DNA of 64,000 nt from a virus (Duplodnaviria; Caudoviricetes): the IMG/VR virus record IMGVR_UViG_3300035498_000263, positions 1 through 64,000 of that record, one strand, 5' to 3'. Position numbers and translations under genes: made by a program. Under the pieces are notes generated by a model. That model worked only from the letters and a program-made list of their open reading frames with translations. It did not search any database and was not told where the DNA came from. Below, piece by piece: positions 19,841 through 32,400 of the stretch (the first letter of the stretch is position 1; each line of letters starts with the position of its first letter).

Positions 19841-22800
19841 ATGGAATTTGATTTTGTTAAACAATATGAAGATAGTAAAAACAAAGCATCTGAACAAAAT
19901 AATGTTAGTATAACACCTAACAATACTAGTTCAGATGCTAGTGTTGATTTTATATCTAACTATACTTCTCAAAGCACAAAAACTAACGAAGATAACATTT
20001 CAAAAGCTGCTAATTTTCTTGAAAATGTATATAATAATATAGATTTTTCTACAAGAACATATGCAGGAAATGTTGAGAAGTTTAAAAATTCAGGTATGTT
20101 ACCCTCTTATAGTGTTAGTGATAAAACACTTCAAGAAATAAGAGCTAATAATCAATCTTGGCAAGAGCAATTTGGCAATTCTTTAGTACAAGCTTTTTAT
20201 AGTGAAGGTGTAATTGGAACTATAAAAGGTTTTGCTGATATGTATGACCTTGTTACTGGCGCTGCTTTTACTAATGATAGATATGGATTTTCAAATCCTG
20301 TTAGTCAAGCACTTGAAGAATATCAAAATTATTTAAGAGAAGAAGCATTTCCTATATATCAAGCTGATGATTATACGTTAGCTAATGGTGGTGCTAGACA
20401 CTTTAGTTGGTATGCTAGTAATTTTCCTAGTGTAATGTCTTCTCTCGCTTTATTAGTTCCAGCTGAAGTTGGTACTAAAGCATTAAGCACTGTAGGAAAA
20501 GCAGGTTTAAATTTAGTTAAAGAAACTAAAGCTGGCAAAACTGCTGCCAAATTAGCTAATAAACTTTCTAGAGGAACTAAAGCTGGACAATCTGTTGAAC
20601 GAGTTACAACTGAAGCTGCAACTGCTGCTAAAATAGCACAAGACACTGAAGCAGGACGTTTATTAGGTACTGCTTTAAAAGGTACTACTAAAGCTAAAAT
20701 GGTAGAATATGCAAAAGTTGGTACAACAGCTGCTTTTAGTAGACTTCTTGAAAATATGACAGAAGCTAGACAAAGTTATAATGATATAAAGGAAAGCACA
20801 TTAGACACATTTGCTGAATGGGATAAAAGTTTTCCTGAAAATTGGGATGAGTTTTATAAAAATAATCCTCAATATAAAGATAAAGATAGAGAATTTGTTG
20901 CTCATGATATTGCATATAGAGGTGCTTTAAAAGATTTTAAAATAAACTTTATAAACTTTACTAGTGACTTTATTCAAATGTTGGCTCTTAAAAACATTTG
21001 GAAAACCATTTTAAATAAGCCTGCTACTTATTCAACAAAAAGAGCTAATATGTTAGCTGCTAAAACACTTGGAAAAACTGATCAAGAAGCTGCTAAAATT
21101 ATTGCTGAAAATACTAACAAAGCTGCGAATGTATTTTATACTGTAACAGGCTTTGGTAAGAAGTCTGCTTTAACAGTTGCAGCTGAACTTTCTGAAGGTG
21201 TTGAAGAAGGTATAAATTATATTGCAACAGAAGAAGGTAAAGTAAAAGCTAATAAAATACTTAACAATAATGTTAAACAAAGTTGGGATACTCGTCTTGG
21301 TTCATATTTAAATGATTCTCATATGTGGGATGCTGCTGTATGGGGTGTATTAGGTGGCGTTATATTCCAAAGTATGGGTTCTGGAACTAATTATCTTGCT
21401 AATAAGATAATGAATAAACATTATCTTAGTGAAGAAGAAACTATGCAAACTGAAATTGCTGCACGTAATTTTATGTTTAATGCTTTCAAAGAAAAGATGG
21501 GTCTTATAAATGAAGGTAAAGATGTATTTAATAAATTAAATGACAATCAATATGGCACTCTTGAAACTGAAGGTGAAAAAGAAATGGCAAGAGCTAGACT
21601 TAGTAGAGAATATCTTGATGAACTTATTATAAATTCAGCTAATAATGGAACTATTAATCTTCTTAAAGATTATCTTGCAGAAGATAATGTTAGAAAACAA
21701 TTAGTTGATAATGGATTTATTTCAGATGAAGATTCACAGAAAATAGTTCAACTTGCTACTGATAGATTATCACTTATACAAAAATATTATGAAGATGCTA
21801 TTAAATATAATGATGAACTAGGTATTGATCCTAGTGTCAATCAAATACTCGCTAATGAAGAAACAAGGCTTAGATTAAAGTGTGATGAACTTGATAATAA
21901 ACTTCATGCTATTTCAGATGAATTAGATAATGATAAAAATTATTCTGTTAAAGGAAATTTATCTACTATTTTTTCATCTTATATTCTTAGACTTCGTATA
22001 TTAAGGTCATATAAAAAATATCTTACTAAAAATGGTTCTCTTGAATCAAGACTTCAATTAGAAAGTGTAAATAAACAAATTTCTGTAATAGAAAGTGAAC
22101 TTAATAATATACATAATTTTGACGCGTTTTCTAATACAAATAAAGCTGAAGTTAGAGCGCAAGCTGCTTTTGCTATAGCTCAAAGTAAGATGACTTATAA
22201 AACTGATGATCAAGGAAATGCTGTTATAGATTCTAATGGAAATTATGTTGTAGATGATAGTGTAAATGATTTTATTGATGATATGGCTAATCAACTTCAA
22301 ATCAATGAAGATGAAATAAGACAAAAAATTGATAAAGCTATTAAAGAAAGAGATGATCATATTGCTAATGGTAATACAGAAGCCGCTGATAATACTAGCA
22401 AATATATTATAGAACTTGAAAAACAACTTCAAAATAGTAATGAAGTTTATAGTGAATATATGAAAATTAAAAATCAAGTATTTAATAATGACCATACTGG
22501 AGTATTTAATTATAAAAATTTTGTAGATGAAACAGTTAAATTATTTACAGACCCAAATACAGGTGAGTATAATGCTGAAGCACACGAAAAGTATCTAAGA
22601 AAATATAAAAACGAAGCATATGCTTTGGCTGATTATGCCATAGCACAAAGTTTAGCTAATGAGTATGATGATCCTAATTATATAAAGCAAAGAGCTAATG
22701 ATTTTGCATTTGTTATTAAAACGCGTGCTGATAATGTTTATAAAACGTCTAGAGGTACTATATTAGAAACTGCTACAAAATATGATCCTGATGAAGTTTC

Positions 22801-25800
22801 AGTTTTTGTAAATGATATGCTTAATGGAAAAACTCCAAGAGAAATTACAAATATAACTGATGATGAAAAAGAAAAATTATCTAACGCTGTTAAAGCTATA
22901 TTATTAAAAGATGGCAATAATGATAATGTTGTAAAAGACTTACTTGATATTATTAATAGAGCTAAGTTTATTGCAGAACAAAAAGCTAATTCACAAAATA
23001 ACAATAATAATCAGCAAGGTGGAAATAATAATGCTACACCTACTGCTCCTTCTGGTACTAGTACGAATAATAATCAACAACAAAATAATAATCAACAACA
23101 AAATAATAATCAAACACCTACACCTACGCCTACACCTAATCCAGCTCCAGCAGCAGGTAATACTAATAATACTCAAACACCTGCTCCTAATCCTAATGCT
23201 GGTCAAACAGGTAATGGTAATCAAAATAATAATCAAGGTAATGGTAATCAAGCACAACCTGCTGCACCTCAAGCACAAACGGTTACTCCTAATTTAAGTA
23301 ATCCTCTTATTAAAACTACTGAACATAATTCTACTAATAAAATATTAACAGGAACTTCAGATGAAATAACCGAACAACTTAAATCAGATGCTAAAAGCGA
23401 TATTATGACTGAAGAAATGTTTGGTGAAATAGATATTAATAGCGTAAGTAATTTAATTGATAATGATTTTAATGAATATAAAGAATATTTAAAACAAAAA
23501 TATAATATTAATGATAGCCAAGCAGAAAAAATTGTTTCTGCTATGAAAGTTGGTCTTCATGACGTATTTGGCACAAAATATTCTTATGTAGATGAAATTC
23601 TTAATACAGAAGATGATGATGGTTCTAGATTTGCTACTAGAACTGCTTCTGTTGCACAATTATGTTATAACTATGTTTATCTTTCTAAGAATATAAATAA
23701 TCTAAATACTGATAGAATTAACTTTATAAGTTTTCTTGATTTACTTAAATTCTTTAAGAAAAAAGGAATGAATGATGCTTTAATAAATAAATATTATGAA
23801 GCATTAAATAGTTTAATTAGAGAAAATGTTACTGATGGTGTAGATAATTTATTTACATTTAATATTAATGGTAAAGAATATAACTTTGCTATTGATACAT
23901 CTGAACTTAATGGAAAAACAAGATATGAAATTAATAATTTAATTAGAAATATAGATGCTGACACAGAATCATTAAATACAAGTAGTATTGTAGAACATGA
24001 TTCTGGTCTTAGTCGTCTTTTGTCTTCATGTATTACAGTTGGTGATAATGCCAAGGTAGATGATATAATGAAAGCATTTAATTCTCTTGCTGATGGAGAA
24101 ACAGTTTATGGCGTTATTATTAGAAATGTTAATACAAATAAGCCTTTAGGTATATCTATTCGTAAAGGTTCTTCTACGGGGGAAGTCTTAGGACAAATTC
24201 CAATTATTACTCGTAGTTCAACTACAGGAAGTTATGAAGTAACTAATGAAGCTATTAGAACAGATGTATCATATATTAACGGACGTTATTATAGTCATGC
24301 TATAGAAGTTATAAAAAATTCTTTTCTTGATCCTGCTCTTTGTCAAATTCTTGATAATTATTATACTACAGATAAAACTAAAGTTGATGATGTTAGTAAA
24401 GTACTTGATGCTTTTAAAAATTATCTAAATCAAAAGACAAATGATAAATATGATCATGAAGAATTACTAGGTATTATTGATATTAGTAAAGCTGAACCTT
24501 ATAAACAAGCTCTTGACCATTTACTTAAACTATATAGTTATGGTAATGTATTTGATAGAAAACTTGATGAATGGGTAGCTAAACTTTACAGAAGTTATCA
24601 ATCAATAGAAAGTTTTACACAAAATCCTGATGGATTTGAAATAACTGTTAGTAAAAAATATCCTGGTGAACTTATAATAGTAGACGCTTCAAAAAGACAA
24701 GCTGCTAGTAAAGTTATTGCAAATTATAATGAAGAAAGAAAACAGCATAATGTTAAAATAGGTACTGTTGAATTTACAGGTAATATTTCATTTGCTGGAG
24801 AAGCTATAACTGAACCTTTTCAGTATGCTAATGTTGGTAGGTCATTTGTTACATTTGGCAATAATCCTGCTTTTAGACCTTTAGTTCATGCGTATCCTGT
24901 TATGTCAGGTGATTTAAAACAAGGTAGTGTTGGTAGAGAAATTATGGATGCTATGATAAATCATATAACTGATTTACTTACTAGAATAGCTGCTAATGAT
25001 TCTACTGTTGATCCTAATGAACTTGTAAAATTTCTTCAGAAAGCATTTCCTAGTAAAGTTAATAGTTATAATAGCATATTTAGATATATTAATCAAGACG
25101 AAATAGGTGCTTATGATGTAGTTGCTAGTGTAGGAAATAATAACTTTGTGTATGTTTCTTTAAACAGAGATATAAGTTTTGGTATAGGTATAAGAGACGA
25201 TAATAAGTCTGTTAAAATTAAAATAGGAGATAATGAATACGAATATGTAACTAGAGATGAGATTAAAGATGGTATTGAAACAGTATTTACTTATATAGGT
25301 TTTCATTTTAATCGTGAACTATTATCTACAGACGGAAAAGCTGCTAGTAACAATTTTAATGATTCAAGACTTTATACAAGAGATGATAAAGGTAACGTTG
25401 TATTAAATATTGGTGATAAAACATTTGTATTTGATACATATAATGATATGTTATTAGATTCTGATGCTGTTGAAATTACAACAGATAAGAAAGTTATAGG
25501 TGGACAAGAAACTAATTATGATATAGGTCAAAGATATATGCCTGTATTAAAAATTAAAATTGCTCCTAAGCAAACTAATAATACTAATCCGCTTATGCCA
25601 CAAGCATTTAATATATTAGATGTTAATACAACACTTAGACATTATTTAAATGAAACAGAAACAGAAAAAATAATAGACAATTTAGCTGAACATTTTGGTA
25701 TCAGTAAAGATACAATTATAGAACTTAGAAGATTAAATCTTCTTCCAAAAACTCTACATTATACTGATTCTACCGGATATGCTAATGTTAACGCATTTAT

Positions 25801-26443
25801 TATTAATGGTGAAGTAACAATTACAAAGAAAGCAGTTGATGATTTAATTGCTAATGGAAATAGAACAAATAGATTTATTCGTATTTTGATTCATGAAAAA
25901 CTTCATGAATTTATTAGTAATAATCAAAATGCTAGAGTATCTAAAGAACTTCAGTCTGTTTATGATGAATATGCTAATAGTCCTGATTGTGATGCAAGAT
26001 TTTTATTTAATGATGCAGAACATACTACTGCTGAAGATAGACTAGAAGAATTTATTATTGAAAGTCTTACTAATCAAAATCTTCAAGATGCGCTTAATAA
26101 AATTCAAACAACTAATCCATATACTTCACAAGGTAAACAAACTTTGTGGCGTAGAATAATTAATGCTATTCAAAAATTGTTGAAAACTACAATAAACACA
26201 GGTAGTTTATTGGAAAAACAATTATCTTTGTTATCAGATATAGAAGATGGTTCAAACAATATTAATAATGATACTAATAACAATAATGAATCAACTCCTA
26301 CTATAGCTCCTAGAAATAGAAGAGCACATACTAGAGGTCGTAGTTTTTCTTCTGTCGATGAGCTTATAGAAAACACTGATATTAAACATAAAGATAGTGT
26401 TAAAAAAGCTATTGAAAATGGTGTGATTAAATTTAAATGTTAA
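19841..26443 (+). CDS. Large virion cargo protein with a Q/N/P linker and C-terminal zincin-like metallopeptidase
   Basis: 2200 aa; HEKLH (HExxH) at 25892-25906 followed by EEFIIESLTN; directly upstream of the vRNAP. Confidence 0.7.
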   Translation: MEFDFVKQYEDSKNKASEQNNVSITPNNTSSDASVDFISNYTSQSTKTNEDNISKAANFLENVYNNIDFSTRTYAGNVEKFKNSGMLPSYSVSDKTLQEIRANNQSWQEQFGNSLVQAFYSEGVIGTIKGFADMYDLVTGAAFTNDRYGFSNPVSQALEEYQNYLREEAFPIYQADDYTLANGGARHFSWYASNFPSVMSSLALLVPAEVGTKALSTVGKAGLNLVKETKAGKTAAKLANKLSRGTKAGQSVERVTTEAATAAKIAQDTEAGRLLGTALKGTTKAKMVEYAKVGTTAAFSRLLENMTEARQSYNDIKESTLDTFAEWDKSFPENWDEFYKNNPQYKDKDREFVAHDIAYRGALKDFKINFINFTSDFIQMLALKNIWKTILNKPATYSTKRANMLAAKTLGKTDQEAAKIIAENTNKAANVFYTVTGFGKKSALTVAAELSEGVEEGINYIATEEGKVKANKILNNNVKQSWDTRLGSYLNDSHMWDAAVWGVLGGVIFQSMGSGTNYLANKIMNKHYLSEEETMQTEIAARNFMFNAFKEKMGLINEGKDVFNKLNDNQYGTLETEGEKEMARARLSREYLDELIINSANNGTINLLKDYLAEDNVRKQLVDNGFISDEDSQKIVQLATDRLSLIQKYYEDAIKYNDELGIDPSVNQILANEETRLRLKCDELDNKLHAISDELDNDKNYSVKGNLSTIFSSYILRLRILRSYKKYLTKNGSLESRLQLESVNKQISVIESELNNIHNFDAFSNTNKAEVRAQAAFAIAQSKMTYKTDDQGNAVIDSNGNYVVDDSVNDFIDDMANQLQINEDEIRQKIDKAIKERDDHIANGNTEAADNTSKYIIELEKQLQNSNEVYSEYMKIKNQVFNNDHTGVFNYKNFVDETVKLFTDPNTGEYNAEAHEKYLRKYKNEAYALADYAIAQSLANEYDDPNYIKQRANDFAFVIKTRADNVYKTSRGTILETATKYDPDEVSVFVNDMLNGKTPREITNITDDEKEKLSNAVKAILLKDGNNDNVVKDLLDIINRAKFIAEQKANSQNNNNNQQGGNNNATPTAPSGTSTNNNQQQNNNQQQNNNQTPTPTPTPNPAPAAGNTNNTQTPAPNPNAGQTGNGNQNNNQGNGNQAQPAAPQAQTVTPNLSNPLIKTTEHNSTNKILTGTSDEITEQLKSDAKSDIMTEEMFGEIDINSVSNLIDNDFNEYKEYLKQKYNINDSQAEKIVSAMKVGLHDVFGTKYSYVDEILNTEDDDGSRFATRTASVAQLCYNYVYLSKNINNLNTDRINFISFLDLLKFFKKKGMNDALINKYYEALNSLIRENVTDGVDNLFTFNINGKEYNFAIDTSELNGKTRYEINNLIRNIDADTESLNTSSIVEHDSGLSRLLSSCITVGDNAKVDDIMKAFNSLADGETVYGVIIRNVNTNKPLGISIRKGSSTGEVLGQIPIITRSSTTGSYEVTNEAIRTDVSYINGRYYSHAIEVIKNSFLDPALCQILDNYYTTDKTKVDDVSKVLDAFKNYLNQKTNDKYDHEELLGIIDISKAEPYKQALDHLLKLYSYGNVFDRKLDEWVAKLYRSYQSIESFTQNPDGFEITVSKKYPGELIIVDASKRQAASKVIANYNEERKQHNVKIGTVEFTGNISFAGEAITEPFQYANVGRSFVTFGNNPAFRPLVHAYPVMSGDLKQGSVGREIMDAMINHITDLLTRIAANDSTVDPNELVKFLQKAFPSKVNSYNSIFRYINQDEIGAYDVVASVGNNNFVYVSLNRDISFGIGIRDDNKSVKIKIGDNEYEYVTRDEIKDGIETVFTYIGFHFNRELLSTDGKAASNNFNDSRLYTRDDKGNVVLNIGDKTFVFDTYNDMLLDSDAVEITTDKKVIGGQETNYDIGQRYMPVLKIKIAPKQTNNTNPLMPQAFNILDVNTTLRHYLNETETEKIIDNLAEHFGISKDTIIELRRLNLLPKTLHYTDSTGYANVNAFIINGEVTITKKAVDDLIANGNRTNRFIRILIHEKLHEFISNNQNARVSKELQSVYDEYANSPDCDARFLFNDAEHTTAEDRLEEFIIESLTNQNLQDALNKIQTTNPYTSQGKQTLWRRIINAIQKLLKTTINTGSLLEKQLSLLSDIEDGSNNINNDTNNNNESTPTIAPRNRRAHTRGRSFSSVDELIENTDIKHKDSVKKAIENGVIKFKC
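23066..23113 (+). repeat. In-frame 18-nt tandem repeat (NNNQQQ) x2.7
   Basis: aataataatcaacaacaa twice plus a partial third copy. Confidence 0.9.
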
Positions 26444-26460
26444 ACTAAATATAATAAATC

Positions 26461-29400
26461 ATGGCTTGTACTTTAATTGTAGATGATCTTTTTAATAATC
26501 TTCCAGTTAATGATCAAACGCTTGCAACTTTTGAAGAACTATATGCTTCAGAAGGATTTGCTAACAAATATAAGCAATTGCATGGAGAAGAGTTTAAAGA
26601 ACTTACTATAGCTGATCTTAAAGATGATGAAGCTAGACAGTATAAATATAAAGTTTTTAAGACATTAAAAGAAATGTATACTGGTACTAAAGTTATAGAT
26701 ATTTCTTTTGATAGTTATCTTGAAAATCTTAGAAGTGCTAATACAGAAAATAATATTGGATATTTTGATAATATGACAAGTCGCATAGAAGGTGTTCGTG
26801 TAGCTGCTTCTATGATGCATGATATATATTTTCAAAGTTTTATAGCTGAAGGAAAAAATTCTAATGCTTCTAATAATGCTGATCTTCAATTTTATATTAA
26901 TTCTACAAAAGCTGCTATTAGACAAGAATGTAGAAGTATAGTTGATGATATTTTAGCAGATATTAAAGACGGATTTATTAAAGACCAAGAACAAATAAAT
27001 GCAGTAAATACTATTTGGAATTCTACTAGAAGTGAAGTAGAAAAAGTTAAAGCTATACTTTCATTAAGTAAAGCTCCAGTTAATAAATTTTGGTATTCTT
27101 TACTTAATGAAATAGAGAATAATTCTGATGCTTTCTTTGATGAAGTTCTTAATGATAGTAGATTTCAATATCTTAATAGAAGATTATTTGGTAAAAGACT
27201 TGAAAATGATTTAGATGCTGAAGATGAATCAGCTAACGGTATAGCTACTACAACATATGACACTGAAGATACTGAACATGTTCATCTTGAAGATGAAGGA
27301 GATGGATTTTCAGCACATTGGGAAAATAGTGTTACATTACGTAATGCTATGCAGCATTGTGATAGTTTTATGCGTAGCTATTTTAATTCACTTCAAGAAT
27401 TATATTCTGACGGTACTGTACTCACTAGTGCTATTAGTGATTATGGTCGTAATATGGATGCTGAAGAAATTATTAGTTTTTTAATTAACTCTACTAGTAA
27501 AAATAATGCTGATGAATTTCTAAACGATGTTGAACGTATTTCTCAACAAGTTCCTTCTATGTATGGTCTTAGAAGATTTGTAGAAGATTTGAGAGCTAGT
27601 AATGATATGAAGAATTATTTCTTTACATTATTTGCTAAACACGTTACTAGTAAAGTTATGATTGAACAAACAAATGAACGTGTTAATAGTCGAGTTCATA
27701 ATAGAAGTTCTGACCGTATGTGGTCTTTAACAGAAAGAATGCGACAAGAATTTCAAGCTAATGCTGTTATTTTTAGTACAAATAGATTTAGTAATGAATT
27801 AGCAACTACTAGATCTTTTAGAGATACAATAATAGATTCATTTAAAAAGAAAAATAATATAAATGAAGCTAAAACTAATTATGATCTCTATAAAGATAAA
27901 GAATATGAAAACAAAGATTATAATAGTCTTTCGATAGAAGAAAAAGAAGAAGCTACTAAATATTTAGCTGCTAAAAAAATAATAGATAATTATAATGAAG
28001 CTTTAAATAATTTTGTTTATTGGTATACAAGTATTATTAGAAATTATTGTCCTAGTATTGATGAAAGCGTTGTCAACGCATATCTTATATATAATAAAAC
28101 TATAAATGGACAAACAGATATTAATTTTACTGTTGCTAATAATGCTACAGAACTTTATAAGTTACTTGAAAATTTAGTAAAAGCAGGTATTACTGTAAAG
28201 AATGATTATGAGAAAAATGTAGTTGAACCTAGAAATGCTAAAATAAAGAAGAAAAATGAACTACTTGAAAATATAGAAGATATAGCTGATGATAAATTTG
28301 CTGAAAGTATTAAAAATGAAGCTAAAGACCTTCAAAGAGAAATTAATGAGTTAAATAGTAATGTTGATTATGTAGAATCAGCAATGGGTGAGATTACTGC
28401 ATTGTCTAAAGCTATTGCTCCATTTACTGTTGTTAAAACTGATTTAAATTCAGTTAATGCTGAAGGTAATATGTCTTCAGATATTGTTCAAAATAATTGG
28501 ATTACTAGTTTTAATAAAAAGTTTGAAAGTAGAGATGCATTAGAGAAATTTGCAGCAGAAAAGTTTAGAAATACTCAATATAATTATAGTAATATTTTAA
28601 TTGAACGTAGAAATGGAAAGGATATTATAAATCGTGGTCTTTTTTATTATGATGAAAGACAGCAAGCTTATGTTCCTACTTCTTATGCTACTGAATTGTT
28701 TACTATTCAATTATTCAATGGTGTTAAAAATCAAGATACAGAAGCAGGTAAATTAACTACTGGTCTTTCACATAGTGATTTTATCGCATCTGCATTTGCT
28801 AACTTTTTTGATGTAACAGGTTTAAAAGAGTATGGAACTAATCTTGAACATATTGATATGGCAAGATATTTCTTGCGTACTCAATCTGATGCTCCTAACA
28901 CATATACTATTACAGCTCCAAAATATGCTATTAGAGGACTTTTAACACCTTCTATAGAAGATATTAATGAAGCTAGAGTATCATTAAAAGAATTGTATTC
29001 TACAATAAAAATTAATGATAAAATTAAAGAAAATAAAAAAGATGATGAATATTCTTTAACGACATACAATCTTCTTAGATATTTATCTAATCCTGGAAAA
29101 TATGATCATTCTATGGGAGGTTCTACAATCAGAAATAATACTGTTGTAAAGAAAATAAATGGTTATGATGTGTATGTTAAGCTTGAAGGTGTAGCTATTA
29201 TTCATAATGGTAAAAATTATCTTACTAAAGTAAAGATTACAGAAGTAAGTACAGATATTGAAAAGAATGTAGGTCTTAATAATATTATTGAAGCAAGACT
29301 TCTTGATGAAAATATTCGTAAAGGAAATGTTACTTATAGTGTAAATACAAATCATCCTTTATTTCATCAATTTATGAATGTTGCCTTACAAGAAATAAAT

Positions 29401-32400
29401 GATATGGGTGCATTTATATATGAAGTGTTTGATTTGGATAATCAAGGATACGTTATAGGTGAATTTAAAGATGGTAAATATGTACCTAAAGTTCGTGATA
29501 AATATAAACAATACGGAAAAGATATTCTAAGACATTTTTATAAGAATTATCATTATAATGGTCAATTATTTACTGAAGACAGTAATGGTAATTTTCATAT
29601 GACAGGTAATCTATTTAAGAGTGATAGATTTGTTATTTATGATGAACGTACTGGTAAAGTAGTAAATTATGGTAATGAATTTTTAAGTAAGTTTATAGAC
29701 TTCCTTAATACTACTACTAAAATAGAAAATAGAGTTATTATTACTGCAAAGAATGGAAAATATACTGGTATTCAACTTAGTGACTATCAAAAAGCTGCAT
29801 TAACTAATATGATACAAAGATATATTTCTGACTTTGTTAGAAATCAAATTCAAGAAATTAGACCTTATGAATCTGTACTTCGTGAATATAATAGAAATGC
29901 AAATGATTATGCAGAATTTGCTTTAAACTATGCTTTAATGTATAGCATTTCTAATGATTTGCTTGAAGGTGATACTAAATTTTATAAAAATTCTCAAGAT
30001 GTTCTTAAACGTGCTAAAGAGGACCAAATGGGTGGTATTCCATTTGGTATTGCTGATTTTAGACGTGGCGAACTTGATAGAACAGAAGAAATTAATGATA
30101 CACTAGCAAAAGATAATGTTACTTGTGTATCAAATACTCTTACAAATGAAAGAGTTCCTATTAGAAGTAAAACAACTTTTAATGCTATAACAATTAAAAA
30201 TACTGTTAGAACTTCTGAAGATATTAAAGAACAAGCTAAGCATCTTAGAAATATAGGTTGGAGTAATGAAAAGATTGAAAGAGTTTTAGGATTGATGATT
30301 AATGAAAAAGGTGAAGTAGTTGAAAATGGTATTTCAGGATTTATCAATACTAAAACTAATGATGCACAATCTTATATTACTTTTGCTGAATGGGTTCGTA
30401 GAATAACTGCTATGGGAGAGTATCCTAAATATAAAGCACTTATTCAAAAGATTAGTAGCGGAGAAAAACTTACTCCTTCTGAAGTTGAAACATTTATACA
30501 AGTTCAAAAGAATGTTTATTATGATTTACATTATAATAGTGAACTTAATGTTTATGCTCCACGTCAAATTAAAAACGCAGAATTTGTTCTTGTTCCACAA
30601 TTCATTGAAGGTACAGACCTTGAAAAAGTCTATAACTTTATGATGGCTAATGGTATTGATCAGCTTAATACTGAAGAAACTTCTAAAGCAGGTAAAGCTA
30701 ATGTATTTACTATTTGGGATAATGATGGTAAATTACAAAATCTTAATGAGCTTGCTAATCAAGTTGCTTTATCTCCTGAAGGAATTGAAACTTTTAGTTA
30801 TAATTATCTTTATCGTCAGCAAGAAGTTCATCAACATGTAGATGCTGTTAATAAAGCTGGTATTCAGATTATGAAAAAGATACTTGATAACATTCCTAAA
30901 GGACATAAACTTTATGAAGTTAAACAAGAACTTTTTGATTTGTATTCTAATAATATTGTTAGTTCTTATGAAAGTATTCTTCGTTTAGTTGATGCAAAGC
31001 TTGATAAAAATGGTAATGTTATCTTTGATGAAGATGGTATTATGAATTTTGATCAAAAAGTATTCTTTGCTAGACTTTATGAAGAAGCTAAACGTGTAGG
31101 TATTAATAGTAATGATTTAGCTTTTCTTACGCTTGATGCAGATGGTAATACTATTATGCCTACATGGTTAAGTTCATTTAGAAATAAACTTGAAAGTATT
31201 GTTCAATCTGTAGTTAATAAAAATGTTACTCGTCAAACACTTCCTGGTTTTCATGCTGCTCAGGTTACAGGAGTAGGTATTAAATTTGGCGGTAAGAATA
31301 ATACAAATACTGTTACAACTGATACTACAGGAAGACTTCGTTATCATCCTAAAATTAATGGTAAACAAGAGAATTATATTGAAGTTCTTATTCCTAGAAG
31401 TAAAATATTTGATGGATATACTGATGAACAGATTTTCTCTAAGGGGGAAGACGGCTTAAATATGCTTGAAAGAGCAGGTATTGATAAAATTATTGGTTAT
31501 CGTATTCCTACTGAAGGTAAACAATCTGTTGCAGTAATGAAAATAGTTGGTTTTGTAGATAAAGCACAAGGTTCAACTATTATAGTTCCTGATGATTGGG
31601 TTTCACAAACTGGTGCAGACTTCGACGTTGATAGTATTTATGCTATTAATTATGTTCTTAATAAAACTAAAGATGGCATTGAACGTATACAATATCTTGA
31701 AGATAAAGATAAATCTGAAGAAGAAATAGAATTTAATCGTGTAAACAGATTTATAGATTACGTTAATGAAGTATATGAAGATGCTAGACGTAGATATGAT
31801 GATTATTCTCAATTTAGTTCTGATAAGAAGGCTTTATTTACTGAAGCTAAAAAAGAGTTTAAAGAACAAAAAGATAAAACTCATGCTGAATTTAAAGAAA
31901 AGATTAATTCTAGTGAAGAAAAATCTCTTAGAGATGAATTAAAGAAAACTAATAAGGAAATTATAGATGTTGTAGATGATTTATTACAAACTAAATCTGA
32001 ACCTTATCTTGAAAGAGTTAAAGCTGTTATAGATTATCTTCAAGATAAAGTAGATGAACAGGCTTCCCCCGTAGAAGATAGTGCCCTTCAAAAATATCTT
32101 GACCTTTACAAATCTATAAAGCTTGATATTGATGTTTTTGAACAGTTTCTTGATAAGAAAAAAGTTGAAATTTATGGTGCTGCTGCTAAAGCAGTTCTTA
32201 AGTTGAAAATTGATTATTATAATAGTAAAATTGATTTACTTGCTAATAAGCTTGGTGTAGAACATCTTATGAAGTATGAAGATTTTATTAAACAAAGCGT
32301 TGCTAAACAAAATTCTACTTCTAGACGTAATACACAACTTCTTGATGATATGATTAAGATTGCTTCTAGCGATACTAGTCTTGAAGAAACTTTAACTGGT

